A stretch of 64,000 bases of DNA from Novosphingobium sp. (GCA_045629505.1 JAZQRJ010000022.1:61942-125941); one strand, 5' to 3'. Positions 46,940 through 56,339 are shown, numbered from the stretch's first letter. Numbers and translations: made by a program. Notes: a model not told the origin generated them from the letters alone.

Positions 46940-46964
46940 CGAACCAAATGCTCGACAGTTAGTT
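46940..46964 (+). promoter_or_regulatory. General-stress sigma (EcfG/SigT)-type promoter upstream of the csbD-like gene
   Basis: CGAAC-N17-GTT versus consensus GGAAC-N17-GTT. Confidence 0.5.
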
Positions 46965-47009
46965 TCTGATTCATCGCGCCGCATATGGCATTGATGAAGG
47001 AATAATCAC

Positions 47010-47180
47010 ATGGGCGAGCTGACAGACAAGATCAAAGGCAATGTCAATGAGGCCGTTGGCAAGGCCAAACAACAGAGCAACAATCCGGATACCCGCGCCG
47101 AGGGGGCGGGCCAGGAAGTGAAGGGCAAAGCCCAGCAATTGAAGGGTGCCGTCAAGGGAGCCTTGGGCGACAATATCTAG
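47010..47180 (+). CDS. csbD: CsbD family stress protein, 56 aa (not in the ORF track)
   Basis: AAGGA RBS; MGELTDKIKGNVNEAVGKAKQQSNNPDTRAEGAGQEVKGKAQQLKGAVKGALGDNI*. Confidence 0.88.
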   Translation: MGELTDKIKGNVNEAVGKAKQQSNNPDTRAEGAGQEVKGKAQQLKGAVKGALGDNI

Positions 47181-47201
47181 CTCTGACATTTCAGCAATCG
47201 G

Positions 47202-47230
47202 AAGGGCTCCCTCGTGGAGCCCTTTTCGTT
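47202..47230 (+). terminator. Rho-independent terminator after csbD
   Basis: AAGGGCTCC-CTCGT-GGAGCCCTT followed by TTCGTT. Confidence 0.8.
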
Positions 47231-47290
47231 CATGGTCGACACCATTTCGGTGAATGGCTAGGGTGCGCGAACCAGAAGGAAAGCGGCCTT

Positions 47291-47959
47291 ATGAAGCTGA
47301 TCATCGGAAACAAGAACTATTCCAGCTGGTCCCTGCGTGGTTGGCTGGCCTGCAAGCAGTCGGGGTTGCCGTTCGAGGTGCTGACCGTCCCGCTTTATGG
47401 TGAAGACTGGGACGCGAGGCGCCGTCAGGACAACAATCTGGCTCCATCATCCGGTAAGGTACCGATCCTGTGGGACGGTGATGCGGTGGTGTGGGACAGT
47501 TTGGCGATAGTCGATTTTCTGGCGGACCGCGTGGGAAGGGATCGGTTTTGGCCGAGGGCTGATGATGCTCGGGCCATGGCGCGGTCAATGGTGGCCGAAA
47601 TGCATTCCAGCTTCCTGGCGTTGCGCCGGGAATGCCCGATGAACATTCGCGGCAGGACCCATAATTTCAGCCCTAGCGAAGCGGTGCAGGCGGATACCAT
47701 CCGTATACTTCAACTTTGGGCGGAAGCCCGAGCGCGCTTTGGCAAGGGCGGGCCATTCCTGTTCGGAAGCTTCTGCGCTGCTGACATTTTCTATGCACCG
47801 GTCGTCAGCCGGTTCCGCACTTATGGGTTTCACCTGCCCGGTTTCGCCACAGCCTATATGAACACCGTCTTCGAACATGAGTGGCTGGTCGAATGGTGCG
47901 CGGCGGCAGAAAGAGAAGATTGGGTGATCGAACAATACGACATTCCTGTTCAGGTCTGA
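47291..47959 (+). CDS. Glutathione S-transferase family protein
   Basis: NKNYSSWSLRGWL, SGKVP.L, VWDSLAI, FCAADIFYAPV. Confidence 0.92.
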   Translation: MKLIIGNKNYSSWSLRGWLACKQSGLPFEVLTVPLYGEDWDARRRQDNNLAPSSGKVPILWDGDAVVWDSLAIVDFLADRVGRDRFWPRADDARAMARSMVAEMHSSFLALRRECPMNIRGRTHNFSPSEAVQADTIRILQLWAEARARFGKGGPFLFGSFCAADIFYAPVVSRFRTYGFHLPGFATAYMNTVFEHEWLVEWCAAAEREDWVIEQYDIPVQV

Positions 47960-48036
47960 TTTCCCGCGGTCCACTATTCGGCAAAGGGCGCGTTATGCTT
48001 GTTTCGCCTTCGCATAATCCATATGCGATAAGGCCG

Positions 48037-49185
48037 ATGACACAAACGACCTCAGCCTTGCACGACGTGGCCGCGATAGCCGAAGCCCTGATTGCCTGCC
48101 CCAGCGTGACGCCTGCCACCGGCATGGTGTTCGATTGCCTTGAAGACCTGCTCAGGCCGCTGGGTTTTGAAGTGCACCGCGCGCTTTCTGGCGAGGCGCC
48201 TGACGGGCCGGTCGAGAATCTGTTTGCCATTCGCAAAGGGCCAGCAGGTGCGCGCCATTTTGCCTTTGCAGGGCACCTGGATGTCGTACCGCCGGGCGAG
48301 GGGTGGCAATCAGGGCCCTTCAAGCCGGAACGGCGTGGCGAGCTGCTCTATGGCCGCGGCGCGGTAGATATGAAGGGCTCGATAGCCGCTATGGTGGCCG
48401 CGGTCCGCGACGTTCCGCAGGATGCGGGCACGATCAGCCTCGTAATCACCGGGGACGAAGAAGGCCCGGCCAAGTTCGGAACCTTGGCGTTGATGGAGCA
48501 GATGCGTGAATTGGGCGAAATTCCCGATCTGTGCCTGGTGGGTGAGCCAACTTCTGTCAACCGGCTGGGCGACACTGTGAAGATCGGGCGTCGCGGCTCA
48601 GTCAACATGTGGCTGGAAGTGGCAGGCGTGCAGGGGCACGTCGCCTATCCGCATCTTGCCGACAATCCTATTCCCAAGCTGATCGCACTACTGGGCGAGC
48701 TTGATGCCATGGTACTTGATGAAGGGACCGAGTGGTTCCAGGCGTCCAATCTGGAAGTGACTGACCTGGAAGTGGGCAATACCGCAACCAACGTTATTCC
48801 GGCGCATGCACGGGCGCGGATCTCAATCCGCTTCAATGCCTTGCACACCGGCGCTGCGCTGATCGAGCGGGTGCGCGCGGTGGCGGAAAAGCACGGTGGG
48901 AAGATCGCGCGGGCTGAGGTTTCCGGCGAATCTTTCCTGACGATGCCCGGTCAATTTTCCAAAATTGTAAGTGAGGCGATCAAGTTAGAAGCCGGGTGGG
49001 AGCCGGAACTTTCGACAAGCGGGGGAACGTCCGACGCGCGCTTTCTCAAGGATTTCTGCCCGGTCATCGAACTAGGCCTTCGCAATGCCACGATGCACAA
49101 GACGGACGAGGCGGTCGATCTGGTTGATCTGGAAATGCTGGTGCGGATCTACCGGCGGATCACCTTGGCGGCATTGCAGGCTTGA
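48037..49185 (+). CDS. dapE: Succinyl-diaminopimelate desuccinylase
   Basis: FAGHLDVVP, GRGAVDMKG, TGDEEG, GEPT, IGRRGS, GGTSDARF. Confidence 0.95.
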   Translation: MTQTTSALHDVAAIAEALIACPSVTPATGMVFDCLEDLLRPLGFEVHRALSGEAPDGPVENLFAIRKGPAGARHFAFAGHLDVVPPGEGWQSGPFKPERRGELLYGRGAVDMKGSIAAMVAAVRDVPQDAGTISLVITGDEEGPAKFGTLALMEQMRELGEIPDLCLVGEPTSVNRLGDTVKIGRRGSVNMWLEVAGVQGHVAYPHLADNPIPKLIALLGELDAMVLDEGTEWFQASNLEVTDLEVGNTATNVIPAHARARISIRFNALHTGAALIERVRAVAEKHGGKIARAEVSGESFLTMPGQFSKIVSEAIKLEAGWEPELSTSGGTSDARFLKDFCPVIELGLRNATMHKTDEAVDLVDLEMLVRIYRRITLAALQA

Positions 49186-49237
49186 GACTTCAGTTCGTGA
49201 CTGCGGGCCCGACACGGGCAGTTGAAGGGAGACTTCG

Positions 49238-50566
49238 ATGACCGATGCACCCGCTGTCGCGGAAACGGCAGCACCAGCGAGCCACAACAAGCTCCAATGG
49301 CGCATCCTGATCGGCTTCATCGCCGGACTGGTCGCCGGACTGGCGGCATATAGCTTTGCGCCCGGTGCATCATGGATAGATGCTATCGTCACTTATGTGA
49401 CAGGGCCGATTGGCCAGATCTTCCTGCGCCTCCTGTTCATGCTTGTCATCCCGCTGCTGTTTTCCGCACTTGTGGTCGGGATCGCCGAGATGGGCGAGAT
49501 TAGGGAATTGCGCGCGGTCGGCATTCGCACACTTGTTTATACGGTCATTGTCTCCAGCATTGCGGTTGTCATCAGCCTTGCCTGCGTGAACCTGCTCCGC
49601 CCCGGAGACGGCGTCGATCCGGCCGCCGCGCGAGAATTGTTGGCACAGGGCGGGGCAGGCGCAGCCAGCATCGTGCAGGCATCGGCGGAAAGCCAGGCGG
49701 GTATAAATCAATTCATCGCCATCGTGCCATCCAACGTCATCAGCGCGATGAGCAACAACGACATTCTGGCCGTGATGTTCTTCGCGCTGTTCTTCGGTAT
49801 AGGCCTGCTACTGGTGCAAACGCCGCGCACCGCGATCCTCAAGGATGCCATCGAGGGTGTGTTTGAAGTGGCCATGCGCCTGATCGGGCTGGTCATCCAG
49901 CTGGCGCCGATTGCCATCTTCTGTTTCATGTTCAACCTGTCTGCCCAGTTTGGATGGGACTTATTGTTCAAGCTGGCGGCCTTCGTTGGTGTGGTGCTGC
50001 TGGCGCTTGGCTTGCAGATGTTCGGGGTTTTCCCGGCGCTGTTGTCTTTCATAGCCCGCAAGAACCCGATCGCGTTTTTCAAAGAGACTCGTGAAGCGAG
50101 CGTCATGGCGTTCTCTACAGCGAGTTCAAACGCCACATTGCCGACGGCCCTGCGCGTTGCCGAAACGCAGCTTCGCCTTCCGCCAAAGATCTCTCGCTTC
50201 GTGCTGACGATCGGCGCGACTGCGAACCAGAACGGCACCGCGATGTTTGAAGGCGTGACCGTGCTCTTCCTGGCGCAATTCTTTGGCGTGGAACTGGGGC
50301 TGGGGGAACAAGCCTTCGTTATGCTGGTCTGCATTCTTGCCGGCATTGGCACGGCGGGCGTGCCCGGAGGATCGCTGCCGGTGATCGCACTGATCCTCAG
50401 TGGTGTGGGGGTGCCGCCGGAAGGAATCGGGCTGATACTTGGCGTGGACCGCTTCCTTGATATGTGTCGCACCACGTTGAACGTGGTGGGCGACCTTGTA
50501 GCCGCTCAGGTCATTTCGTCCTTCGGTGGGGGGAATGCGCCGGAAGAAACTACCGCTCCAGCTTGA
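49238..50566 (+). CDS. Dicarboxylate/amino acid:cation symporter (DAACS)
   Basis: FSTASSNATLP, GATANQNGT, DRFLDMCRT.LNV.GD. Confidence 0.95.
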   Translation: MTDAPAVAETAAPASHNKLQWRILIGFIAGLVAGLAAYSFAPGASWIDAIVTYVTGPIGQIFLRLLFMLVIPLLFSALVVGIAEMGEIRELRAVGIRTLVYTVIVSSIAVVISLACVNLLRPGDGVDPAAARELLAQGGAGAASIVQASAESQAGINQFIAIVPSNVISAMSNNDILAVMFFALFFGIGLLLVQTPRTAILKDAIEGVFEVAMRLIGLVIQLAPIAIFCFMFNLSAQFGWDLLFKLAAFVGVVLLALGLQMFGVFPALLSFIARKNPIAFFKETREASVMAFSTASSNATLPTALRVAETQLRLPPKISRFVLTIGATANQNGTAMFEGVTVLFLAQFFGVELGLGEQAFVMLVCILAGIGTAGVPGGSLPVIALILSGVGVPPEGIGLILGVDRFLDMCRTTLNVVGDLVAAQVISSFGGGNAPEETTAPA

Positions 50567-50942
50567 CCGGGACGAATTCCCCAAGGCCGCAGCTTGCGCC
50601 CGGCTGCGGAGTGCCGCCCACCCGGTCCAGCACGCGGATAATGTCCGTGTTGCAAAGCTGGGAAAGCGACGTCCGATAGCTGAAAGCATCGGCTGATTTC
50701 AGGCCGGGGCAACGACCGGTCAGAGTGTTACGCCAGACCTTGTTTCCCGCTCCCATGAAATCAATGGTGTAATCATTGCGGATGCGGGTGGAGCTGATCA
50801 TGGTGATAGGAATGCATCGCACCGCTGGGCCGATGGCCTGTGCAGCAGGGCTCACTGCCGGAGCTTGCGCTGGGCGATCCTGAGTGCAGGCCGCGAGGGC
50901 AAGGGGCGCGAAACCGATCATGAAGACGTGACGAGCGATCAT
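50550..50942 (-). CDS. Small Cys-containing lipoprotein (DUF6491-like)
   Basis: Lipobox LAAC; RCIP..I, CPGL, QLCNTDII, CGLGEF. Confidence 0.65.
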   Translation of the reverse strand: MIARHVFMIGFAPLALAACTQDRPAQAPAVSPAAQAIGPAVRCIPITMISSTRIRNDYTIDFMGAGNKVWRNTLTGRCPGLKSADAFSYRTSLSQLCNTDIIRVLDRVGGTPQPGASCGLGEFVPVKLER

Positions 50943-50998
50943 GGCGACATCCTTTGTTTCGTACAGGGCCACTGCATTTGCTCAGGCATACTAACCTG

Positions 50999-51646
50999 TT
51001 ATCGACGCTTTGGTTCCAGCACTTTGGCCTTGAAGTCGCACAAGTCCACCACCGGGCAGCGCCAGCATTCAGGCGTGCGCGCCTTGCAGATATAGCGACC
51101 GTGGAGGATCAGCCAGTGGTGTGCGCCCACGCGGAACGGCTGGGGGACTTTCCTTTCCAGCTGCTTCTCGACTGCCAATGGTGTCTTTCCTTTGGCAAGT
51201 CCGGTGCGGTTGCCAACCCGAAAGATGTGGGTGTCGACCGCGAACGTTTCCGCACCGAACGCGCAGTTCATCACGACATTGGCGGTCTTGCGGCCCACGC
51301 CGGGGAGTTCCACCAGCGCATCGCGATCTGCCGGAACCTCGCCGCCGTAATCGCGCACCAGTATTTCTGACAGCGCGATCACGTTCTTGGCCTTGGCGTT
51401 GAACAGGCCGATGGTCTTGATGTGCTCTTTCAAGCCATCTTCGCCCAGCTCAACCATCTGCGCGGGTGTTTGGACCACTTCGAAAAGGCGCCGGGTCGCC
51501 TTGTTGACGCCCACGTCGGTCGCCTGCGCGGATAGCACCACGGCCACCAGCAACTGATACGTGTTGCCGTACTCCAGCTCCGTTTCCGGCGCGGGATTGC
51601 TCTCCGCCAAACGGCGGAAGAATTCGAAGATATTGTCCTTGTTCAT
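50999..51646 (-). CDS. nth: Endonuclease III
   Basis: LSAQATD, LPGVGRKTANV, VDTHIFR, C-x6-C-x2-C-x5-C. Confidence 0.97.
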   Translation of the reverse strand: MNKDNIFEFFRRLAESNPAPETELEYGNTYQLLVAVVLSAQATDVGVNKATRRLFEVVQTPAQMVELGEDGLKEHIKTIGLFNAKAKNVIALSEILVRDYGGEVPADRDALVELPGVGRKTANVVMNCAFGAETFAVDTHIFRVGNRTGLAKGKTPLAVEKQLERKVPQPFRVGAHHWLILHGRYICKARTPECWRCPVVDLCDFKAKVLEPKRR

Positions 51647-51669
51647 GGCGGAGTGTGGGGATTTCGGAC

Positions 51670-52398
51670 TTAAAGTCCCAGTACTTCCGACATCGTATAG
51701 CGTCCCGGTTTCTGGCCTATCAGCCAGAGCGCCGCGCGCACGGCGCCTTTCGCGAAAATCCCGCGATTTTCCGCGCTATGCGAGAGCGTGATCCGCTCAT
51801 TATCTGCAAGGAAGAAAACAGAATGTTCGCCTGCCACGGTGCCGCCGCGCAGGGAGGCGAAGCCGATTGAGCCCACGCCGCGTTTGCCGGTAATGCCGTC
51901 GCGTCCGCATTCACTGTGATCAGACAGCGAAATGTTTCGACCCTTTGCGGCCGCTTCGCCTAGCAGCAGGGCGGTGCCGGATGGCGCATCCACCTTCATG
52001 CGGTGGTGGGTTTCAAGCACTTCGATATCCCAATCCTCGCCCAGCCGCGACGCAGCCTCCTGCACGAGGTGGGCCAGCAAGGTAACACCAAGCGAGGTAT
52101 TGCCCGTTTGCAGCACGGGGATCGATGTGGCCGCGTTGTCGATCAGGAAATGGTGACGTTCCTCAAGGCCCGTGGTGCCGATCACCATCGGAACGCCTGC
52201 CGCGATGGCTGCGTCCAGATTCGCTTCCAGTGCCACCGGGGATGAGAAATCGACCAGCACGTCGCAGTGCTTTGCCAGCTCTGCCGGATCGTCACCCTGA
52301 TCGATGCCGCCTGCAAACTGTTCGCCCGCCTCTACAATCGCTGCGGCGATTGCCTGGCCCATCCGACCCTTGCTGCCGATGATTCCGATACTTGCCAT
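51670..52398 (-). CDS. dapB: 4-hydroxy-tetrahydrodipicolinate reductase
   Basis: GSKGRMG, IGTTG, ETHHRMKVDAPSGTA, RGGTVAGEH. Confidence 0.97.
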   Translation of the reverse strand: MASIGIIGSKGRMGQAIAAAIVEAGEQFAGGIDQGDDPAELAKHCDVLVDFSSPVALEANLDAAIAAGVPMVIGTTGLEERHHFLIDNAATSIPVLQTGNTSLGVTLLAHLVQEAASRLGEDWDIEVLETHHRMKVDAPSGTALLLGEAAAKGRNISLSDHSECGRDGITGKRGVGSIGFASLRGGTVAGEHSVFFLADNERITLSHSAENRGIFAKGAVRAALWLIGQKPGRYTMSEVLGL

Positions 52399-52433
52399 TG
52401 AGTTCCCCTATTCGTCTGTGCTTCATGGCCGGG

Positions 52434-53138
52434 ATGAAGGACATCCGCAACATCGTGATCCTGACCGGGGCAGGCATTAGCGCCGAAAGCGGGATCGACA
52501 CGTTCCGCACGGCCGGCGGACTGGGGGAGCGGTATAACCCCGATGAAGTGGCGACGGCTGCGGCTTTCGCCCGTGATCCGGATCGGCTGCTGCGTTTTTA
52601 CGATATGCGCCGGTGCGCATTGGAGGGCAAGGTGCCGAATGCGGCGCACAGCGCTCTGGGCAGGCTGGATGCCGAATGGCCGGGGAATTTGCTGATCGTC
52701 ACACAGAACGTTGATGATCTTCATGAGCGTGGCGGCGCGCAGCGTGTGCTGCACATGCACGGCGAGCATGGCAGCGCATGGTGCACTGCTTGCGACGTAC
52801 GCATCCGGTGGACCGGACCCATGGCAGACAGGCCGCCATGCCCACAATGCGGAGCACGGCAGCTTCGGCCAGATGTGGTACTATTTGGCGAAATTCCTTA
52901 CCATATGGATGAGATATATGCCGCGCTGCGCGACGCGGATCTGTTTGTTTCCATCGGCACGTCCGGTGCGGTCTATCCTGCAGCGGGCTTTGTTCAGAAT
53001 GCGCGCGACCTTGGCATATTGACGTTGGAACTAAATCTGGAACGCTCCGAAGGTTCAAGCTGGTTCCATGAAACGCGGCTCGGCCCGGCAACCCAGCTCG
53101 TGCCGAAGTGGGTGGACGAGAAGCTGCAGGGCGGTTAG
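52434..53138 (+). CDS. cobB: NAD-dependent protein deacylase (class III sirtuin)
   Basis: LTGAGISAESG, TQNVDDLHE, HMHG, CxxC..CxxC, RPDVVLFGE, GTSG.VYPAA. Confidence 0.95.
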   Translation: MKDIRNIVILTGAGISAESGIDTFRTAGGLGERYNPDEVATAAAFARDPDRLLRFYDMRRCALEGKVPNAAHSALGRLDAEWPGNLLIVTQNVDDLHERGGAQRVLHMHGEHGSAWCTACDVRIRWTGPMADRPPCPQCGARQLRPDVVLFGEIPYHMDEIYAALRDADLFVSIGTSGAVYPAAGFVQNARDLGILTLELNLERSEGSSWFHETRLGPATQLVPKWVDEKLQGG

Positions 53139-53169
53139 CGCTGCCTTTGATAAACAGGGAAAAAATTGG

Positions 53170-53547
53170 ATGACACCTTCCGAGACAGCCAATCGTGATG
53201 CCGCCGTGCGATTGCTTCAGTCGATCCCCATGCGAGGGCCAGAGGCAGCCGATACGCTGGCGCCGGACGCGGTTTGGTGGGTACTGGGACGGCCTGATGA
53301 AATTCCCGCGCAGAACATCCTGACGATGATGCAGAGTTTGTTCTCTGAAGGCCGAATCGAAGTGGACGCGGTGACGGTGGAAGGTGACCGGGTTGCCGTC
53401 GAAGCCCGCTCGTTCATGACGGCGACGGACGGGCGAGCGTATAGCAATAGCTATCACTTCCTGGTCGAGCTCCGAGATGGAAAGATCGTCCGGGTAAAGG
53501 AATATTGTGATACGGCGCGGACCAACGCTTTTTTTGCAGGCGCCTAG
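53170..53547 (+). CDS. NTF2-like / SnoaL_2 (ketosteroid isomerase-like) protein
   Basis: LAPDAVWW, EGDRVAVE, Y.N.YHF, RDGKIVRVKEYCDT. Confidence 0.82.
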   Translation: MTPSETANRDAAVRLLQSIPMRGPEAADTLAPDAVWWVLGRPDEIPAQNILTMMQSLFSEGRIEVDAVTVEGDRVAVEARSFMTATDGRAYSNSYHFLVELRDGKIVRVKEYCDTARTNAFFAGA

Positions 53548-53560
53548 CGGTCAAGCTTCG

Positions 53561-54328
53561 TCAGCCGCCGCAAGTGCGGCAACCCGGGTCTTTCGCTATT
53601 GTCAGTGAACGCATAGATGGCGAAAGACCGTCCAGGACGTGCAGCTTGCCCCATTGCGGATCGCCCAGGGCCGCATGGCCTGTAACCAGGACGCGAATGG
53701 CGTGCATGGCAGCAAAGCATCCCACCGTGCCCGCCATAGCGCCCAGAACGCCATCGGCGGCGCACGTGTCGCAATCCTCTGCATCCAGCGCGTCACCCAC
53801 GAAACAGCGATAGCATGAGTGTTCGGGCAGATGGCCGGCAAAGTTGGCGATCTGGCCCTGAAACCGGCCAATGGCCGCGCTGGTAAGCGGAACGCCTGCC
53901 GCAACGCAGGCGTCGGAAACTGCGAGCCGGGTTGCGAAGTTGTCACAACCGTCGAGTACAAGCGATACGCCATCGATTACGGAGCGGGCGTTGTCTTTCC
54001 CGATCCGCTCAACAACCACCCCAACATCAAGGCTGGAATCGAAATGCCGGACCCACTCGGCCGCCAGCTCCGCTTTTGGCTTGCCGACTTGATCCGGCGT
54101 GTAAATCGTCTGACGTTGCAGGTTGCTGGTTTCGACCACGTCGCTGTCGACTAGGGTCAACCGGCCCACTCCTGCTGCTGCAAGGTATTGCAGGGCTGGG
54201 CTGCCAAGCCCGCCGCAGCCAATCAGCACAACATGCGAATTGGCAATGGCAACTTGTCCTGCGCCGCCAAGTTCGGGCAGGACAATATGGCGGGCAAAAC
54301 GATTTAATCGGTCAGGTGCAAGGGCCAT
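53561..54328 (-). CDS. moeB: MoeB/ThiF/HesA family adenylyltransferase
   Basis: RFARHIVL, GCGGLG, DSDVVETSNLQRQ, DGCDNF..R, CYRC. Confidence 0.9.
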   Translation of the reverse strand: MALAPDRLNRFARHIVLPELGGAGQVAIANSHVVLIGCGGLGSPALQYLAAAGVGRLTLVDSDVVETSNLQRQTIYTPDQVGKPKAELAAEWVRHFDSSLDVGVVVERIGKDNARSVIDGVSLVLDGCDNFATRLAVSDACVAAGVPLTSAAIGRFQGQIANFAGHLPEHSCYRCFVGDALDAEDCDTCAADGVLGAMAGTVGCFAAMHAIRVLVTGHAALGDPQWGKLHVLDGLSPSMRSLTIAKDPGCRTCGG

Positions 54329-54401
54329 GAAGGGCCTCTTAGCTGCTTAGCGCCGGGGGACCAAATCATTGTCTGGCCGCACCGGCGTAATTCAGTCGCT
54401 C

Positions 54402-55829
54402 TCAGCTTTCGAGCTGGCGCAGCAGCGAACGCACGTCTCCATCCATGTCAGCATCGCGGGTGCGCAGTTCCTCGATCAGCCGAACGGCATGAATGACCGT
54501 GGAGTGATCGCGCCCGCCGAACTTGCGGCCGATTTCCGGATAGCTGCGCGGTGTCAGGACCTTGGACAGGTACATTGCCACCTGACGGGGCCGGACGACT
54601 GCACGGGCCCGGCGCTTGGAGCTCATCTCTTGCCGGTCAACGCGGTAGAACTGGCAAACCGTGCGCTGGATCTCGTCAATCGTGATGCGCTTGCGGTTGG
54701 CCGAGAGAATGTCAGTAAGCTGTTCCTCTGCAAGCTGCAGCGAAACTTCCTGTCCGGTGAGCTGTGCGAAGGCGATAAGTTTGTTCAGACCGCCCACCAG
54801 TTCACGCACGTTGCGATTGATGGTGCGGGCCAGAAACTCGATCACGTCAGCCGGCACATCGGCAGGTGCAAAGCGCTGTAACCTGTGTTCCAGAATCGCG
54901 CGGCGCAGTTCGATGTCGGCGGGCTGAATGTCAGCCACCAGACCCATCGACAAGCGCGAGAGCAGCCTTTGGTCTACGCCGTCCAGTGCCTGTGGGGCGC
55001 GATCAGCTGCAAAGACCAGCCGTTTGCCTTCGGCCAGCAGCGCATCGATCGTGTAGAGCAGTTCTTCCTGTGCGCTGGCCTTGCCGATGATGAACTGGAT
55101 ATCGTCCACCATCAGAAGATCGAAACCCCGCAGGCGGGACTTGAACTCGATCATCTGGTTCTGGCGAAGGGCTTGCACGAACTCGGTCATGAACCGTTCG
55201 GCCGAGCAATAGAATATTCGGCTGCGCGGGTGGTTGGCGAGATAGGCATGGCCAATCGCGTGCAGCAGGTGCGTCTTGCCCTGGCCAGTCGCTGCCTTGA
55301 GATACAGCGGCGAGAACTGCGGCGCTTCGATCGCCGAAACCCGTTGTGCTGCATTGTAGGCCAGCACGTTGGCAGTGCCGGTTACGAACGTGGCGAACGT
55401 CAGCGAAGGATCCAGGCCAATCGGGCCTTGCCCAAACGTGCTGATATCTCCGCCGTTCATCGCACCCGATCCATGGGCGCCGGGAAAGTGCGTGGAATCG
55501 TTTGCGGGGTGAGCGGGATGGCCGCCAGCACCTACGCGCAGTTCAGGAAGCCGCCGCCCCGGCAGTGCCTGAATGCGAATCTGGCTCAAGTCTGGGCGGG
55601 CAATCTTCCATGCCAGCGAAAGGCGATCGGAAAAGCGATCACGAACCCAGTTCGCCGCAAATTCGGTGGGCAGATAGATATCGAGAGTGCCGGTTTGATC
55701 GCAGATCGCGCCCAGCTGAATCGGCTTGATCCACTGGCTGTGCAATTGCTGGCCAAGATCCTTGCGCAGGCCCTGACTGATATCCGCCCAATCGGCCGCC
55801 AGGTTGATTGCTTCCTGATCTTCTTCCAT
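54402..55829 (-). CDS. dnaA: Chromosomal replication initiator
   Basis: WIKPI, TFATFVTG.AN, GQGKTHLL, DDIQF, RELVG, RPRQVAMYL, GGRDHSTVIHA. Start MEEDQE chosen; the true start may lie somewhat upstream. Confidence 0.97.
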   Translation of the reverse strand: MEEDQEAINLAADWADISQGLRKDLGQQLHSQWIKPIQLGAICDQTGTLDIYLPTEFAANWVRDRFSDRLSLAWKIARPDLSQIRIQALPGRRLPELRVGAGGHPAHPANDSTHFPGAHGSGAMNGGDISTFGQGPIGLDPSLTFATFVTGTANVLAYNAAQRVSAIEAPQFSPLYLKAATGQGKTHLLHAIGHAYLANHPRSRIFYCSAERFMTEFVQALRQNQMIEFKSRLRGFDLLMVDDIQFIIGKASAQEELLYTIDALLAEGKRLVFAADRAPQALDGVDQRLLSRLSMGLVADIQPADIELRRAILEHRLQRFAPADVPADVIEFLARTINRNVRELVGGLNKLIAFAQLTGQEVSLQLAEEQLTDILSANRKRITIDEIQRTVCQFYRVDRQEMSSKRRARAVVRPRQVAMYLSKVLTPRSYPEIGRKFGGRDHSTVIHAVRLIEELRTRDADMDGDVRSLLRQLES

Positions 55830-56264
55830 GTTCGCTTTGGAATCCCCCCTGATGGACGCACCCGTCTTGTCCGCTGTGTTTGGATGCCGTCGTCTGCCAA
55901 ATGTTGACCCAGCCAATTGTCTGCTCCTGATCTGCCGAATTTTGCCAAGTCGAAACCCGGTGCGCCACTTCAAGGAGGGGGGAGGCACGCAAAGATCCGC
56001 TTCCGAAACGATGTTACGGAATAGTGACTTTAGTGCTCTTTGATCCTTGGCCCGTTCTGCACCGGCCGCCGTTACTGATAGCCAGTTAGGGGGGGCGATC
56101 AATGCCCGTCTGGAAAAAAACGCGGTTGACTCGGTGCGAGTCCGCGGGATTCCTCGATAAAAAAATTTAGTCAATTATTTCAGTATTTTATACGTATTGC
56201 CTGTGCGAATCGCAGGCTTTCCAACAGTTTCCGAAACCGGTTCCGCAATGCAGCAGAGGGCACG

Positions 56265-56294
56265 AAAAAAGCCGGAGGCAATGCCCCCGGCTTT
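56265..56294 (-). terminator. Rho-independent terminator of rpsT
   Basis: Minus strand AAAGCCGGGGGC-ATT-GCCTCCGGC-TTTTTT. Confidence 0.8.
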
Positions 56295-56339
56295 GTTCTG
56301 ATTTTGTACCCGGCGAAGCGCCGAATCGGTCGCCGAATC

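Noticed and set aside
46971-47189. 72-aa minus-strand ORF in the track
   Set aside because: Shadow of csbD, which has the RBS, promoter and terminator on the plus strand
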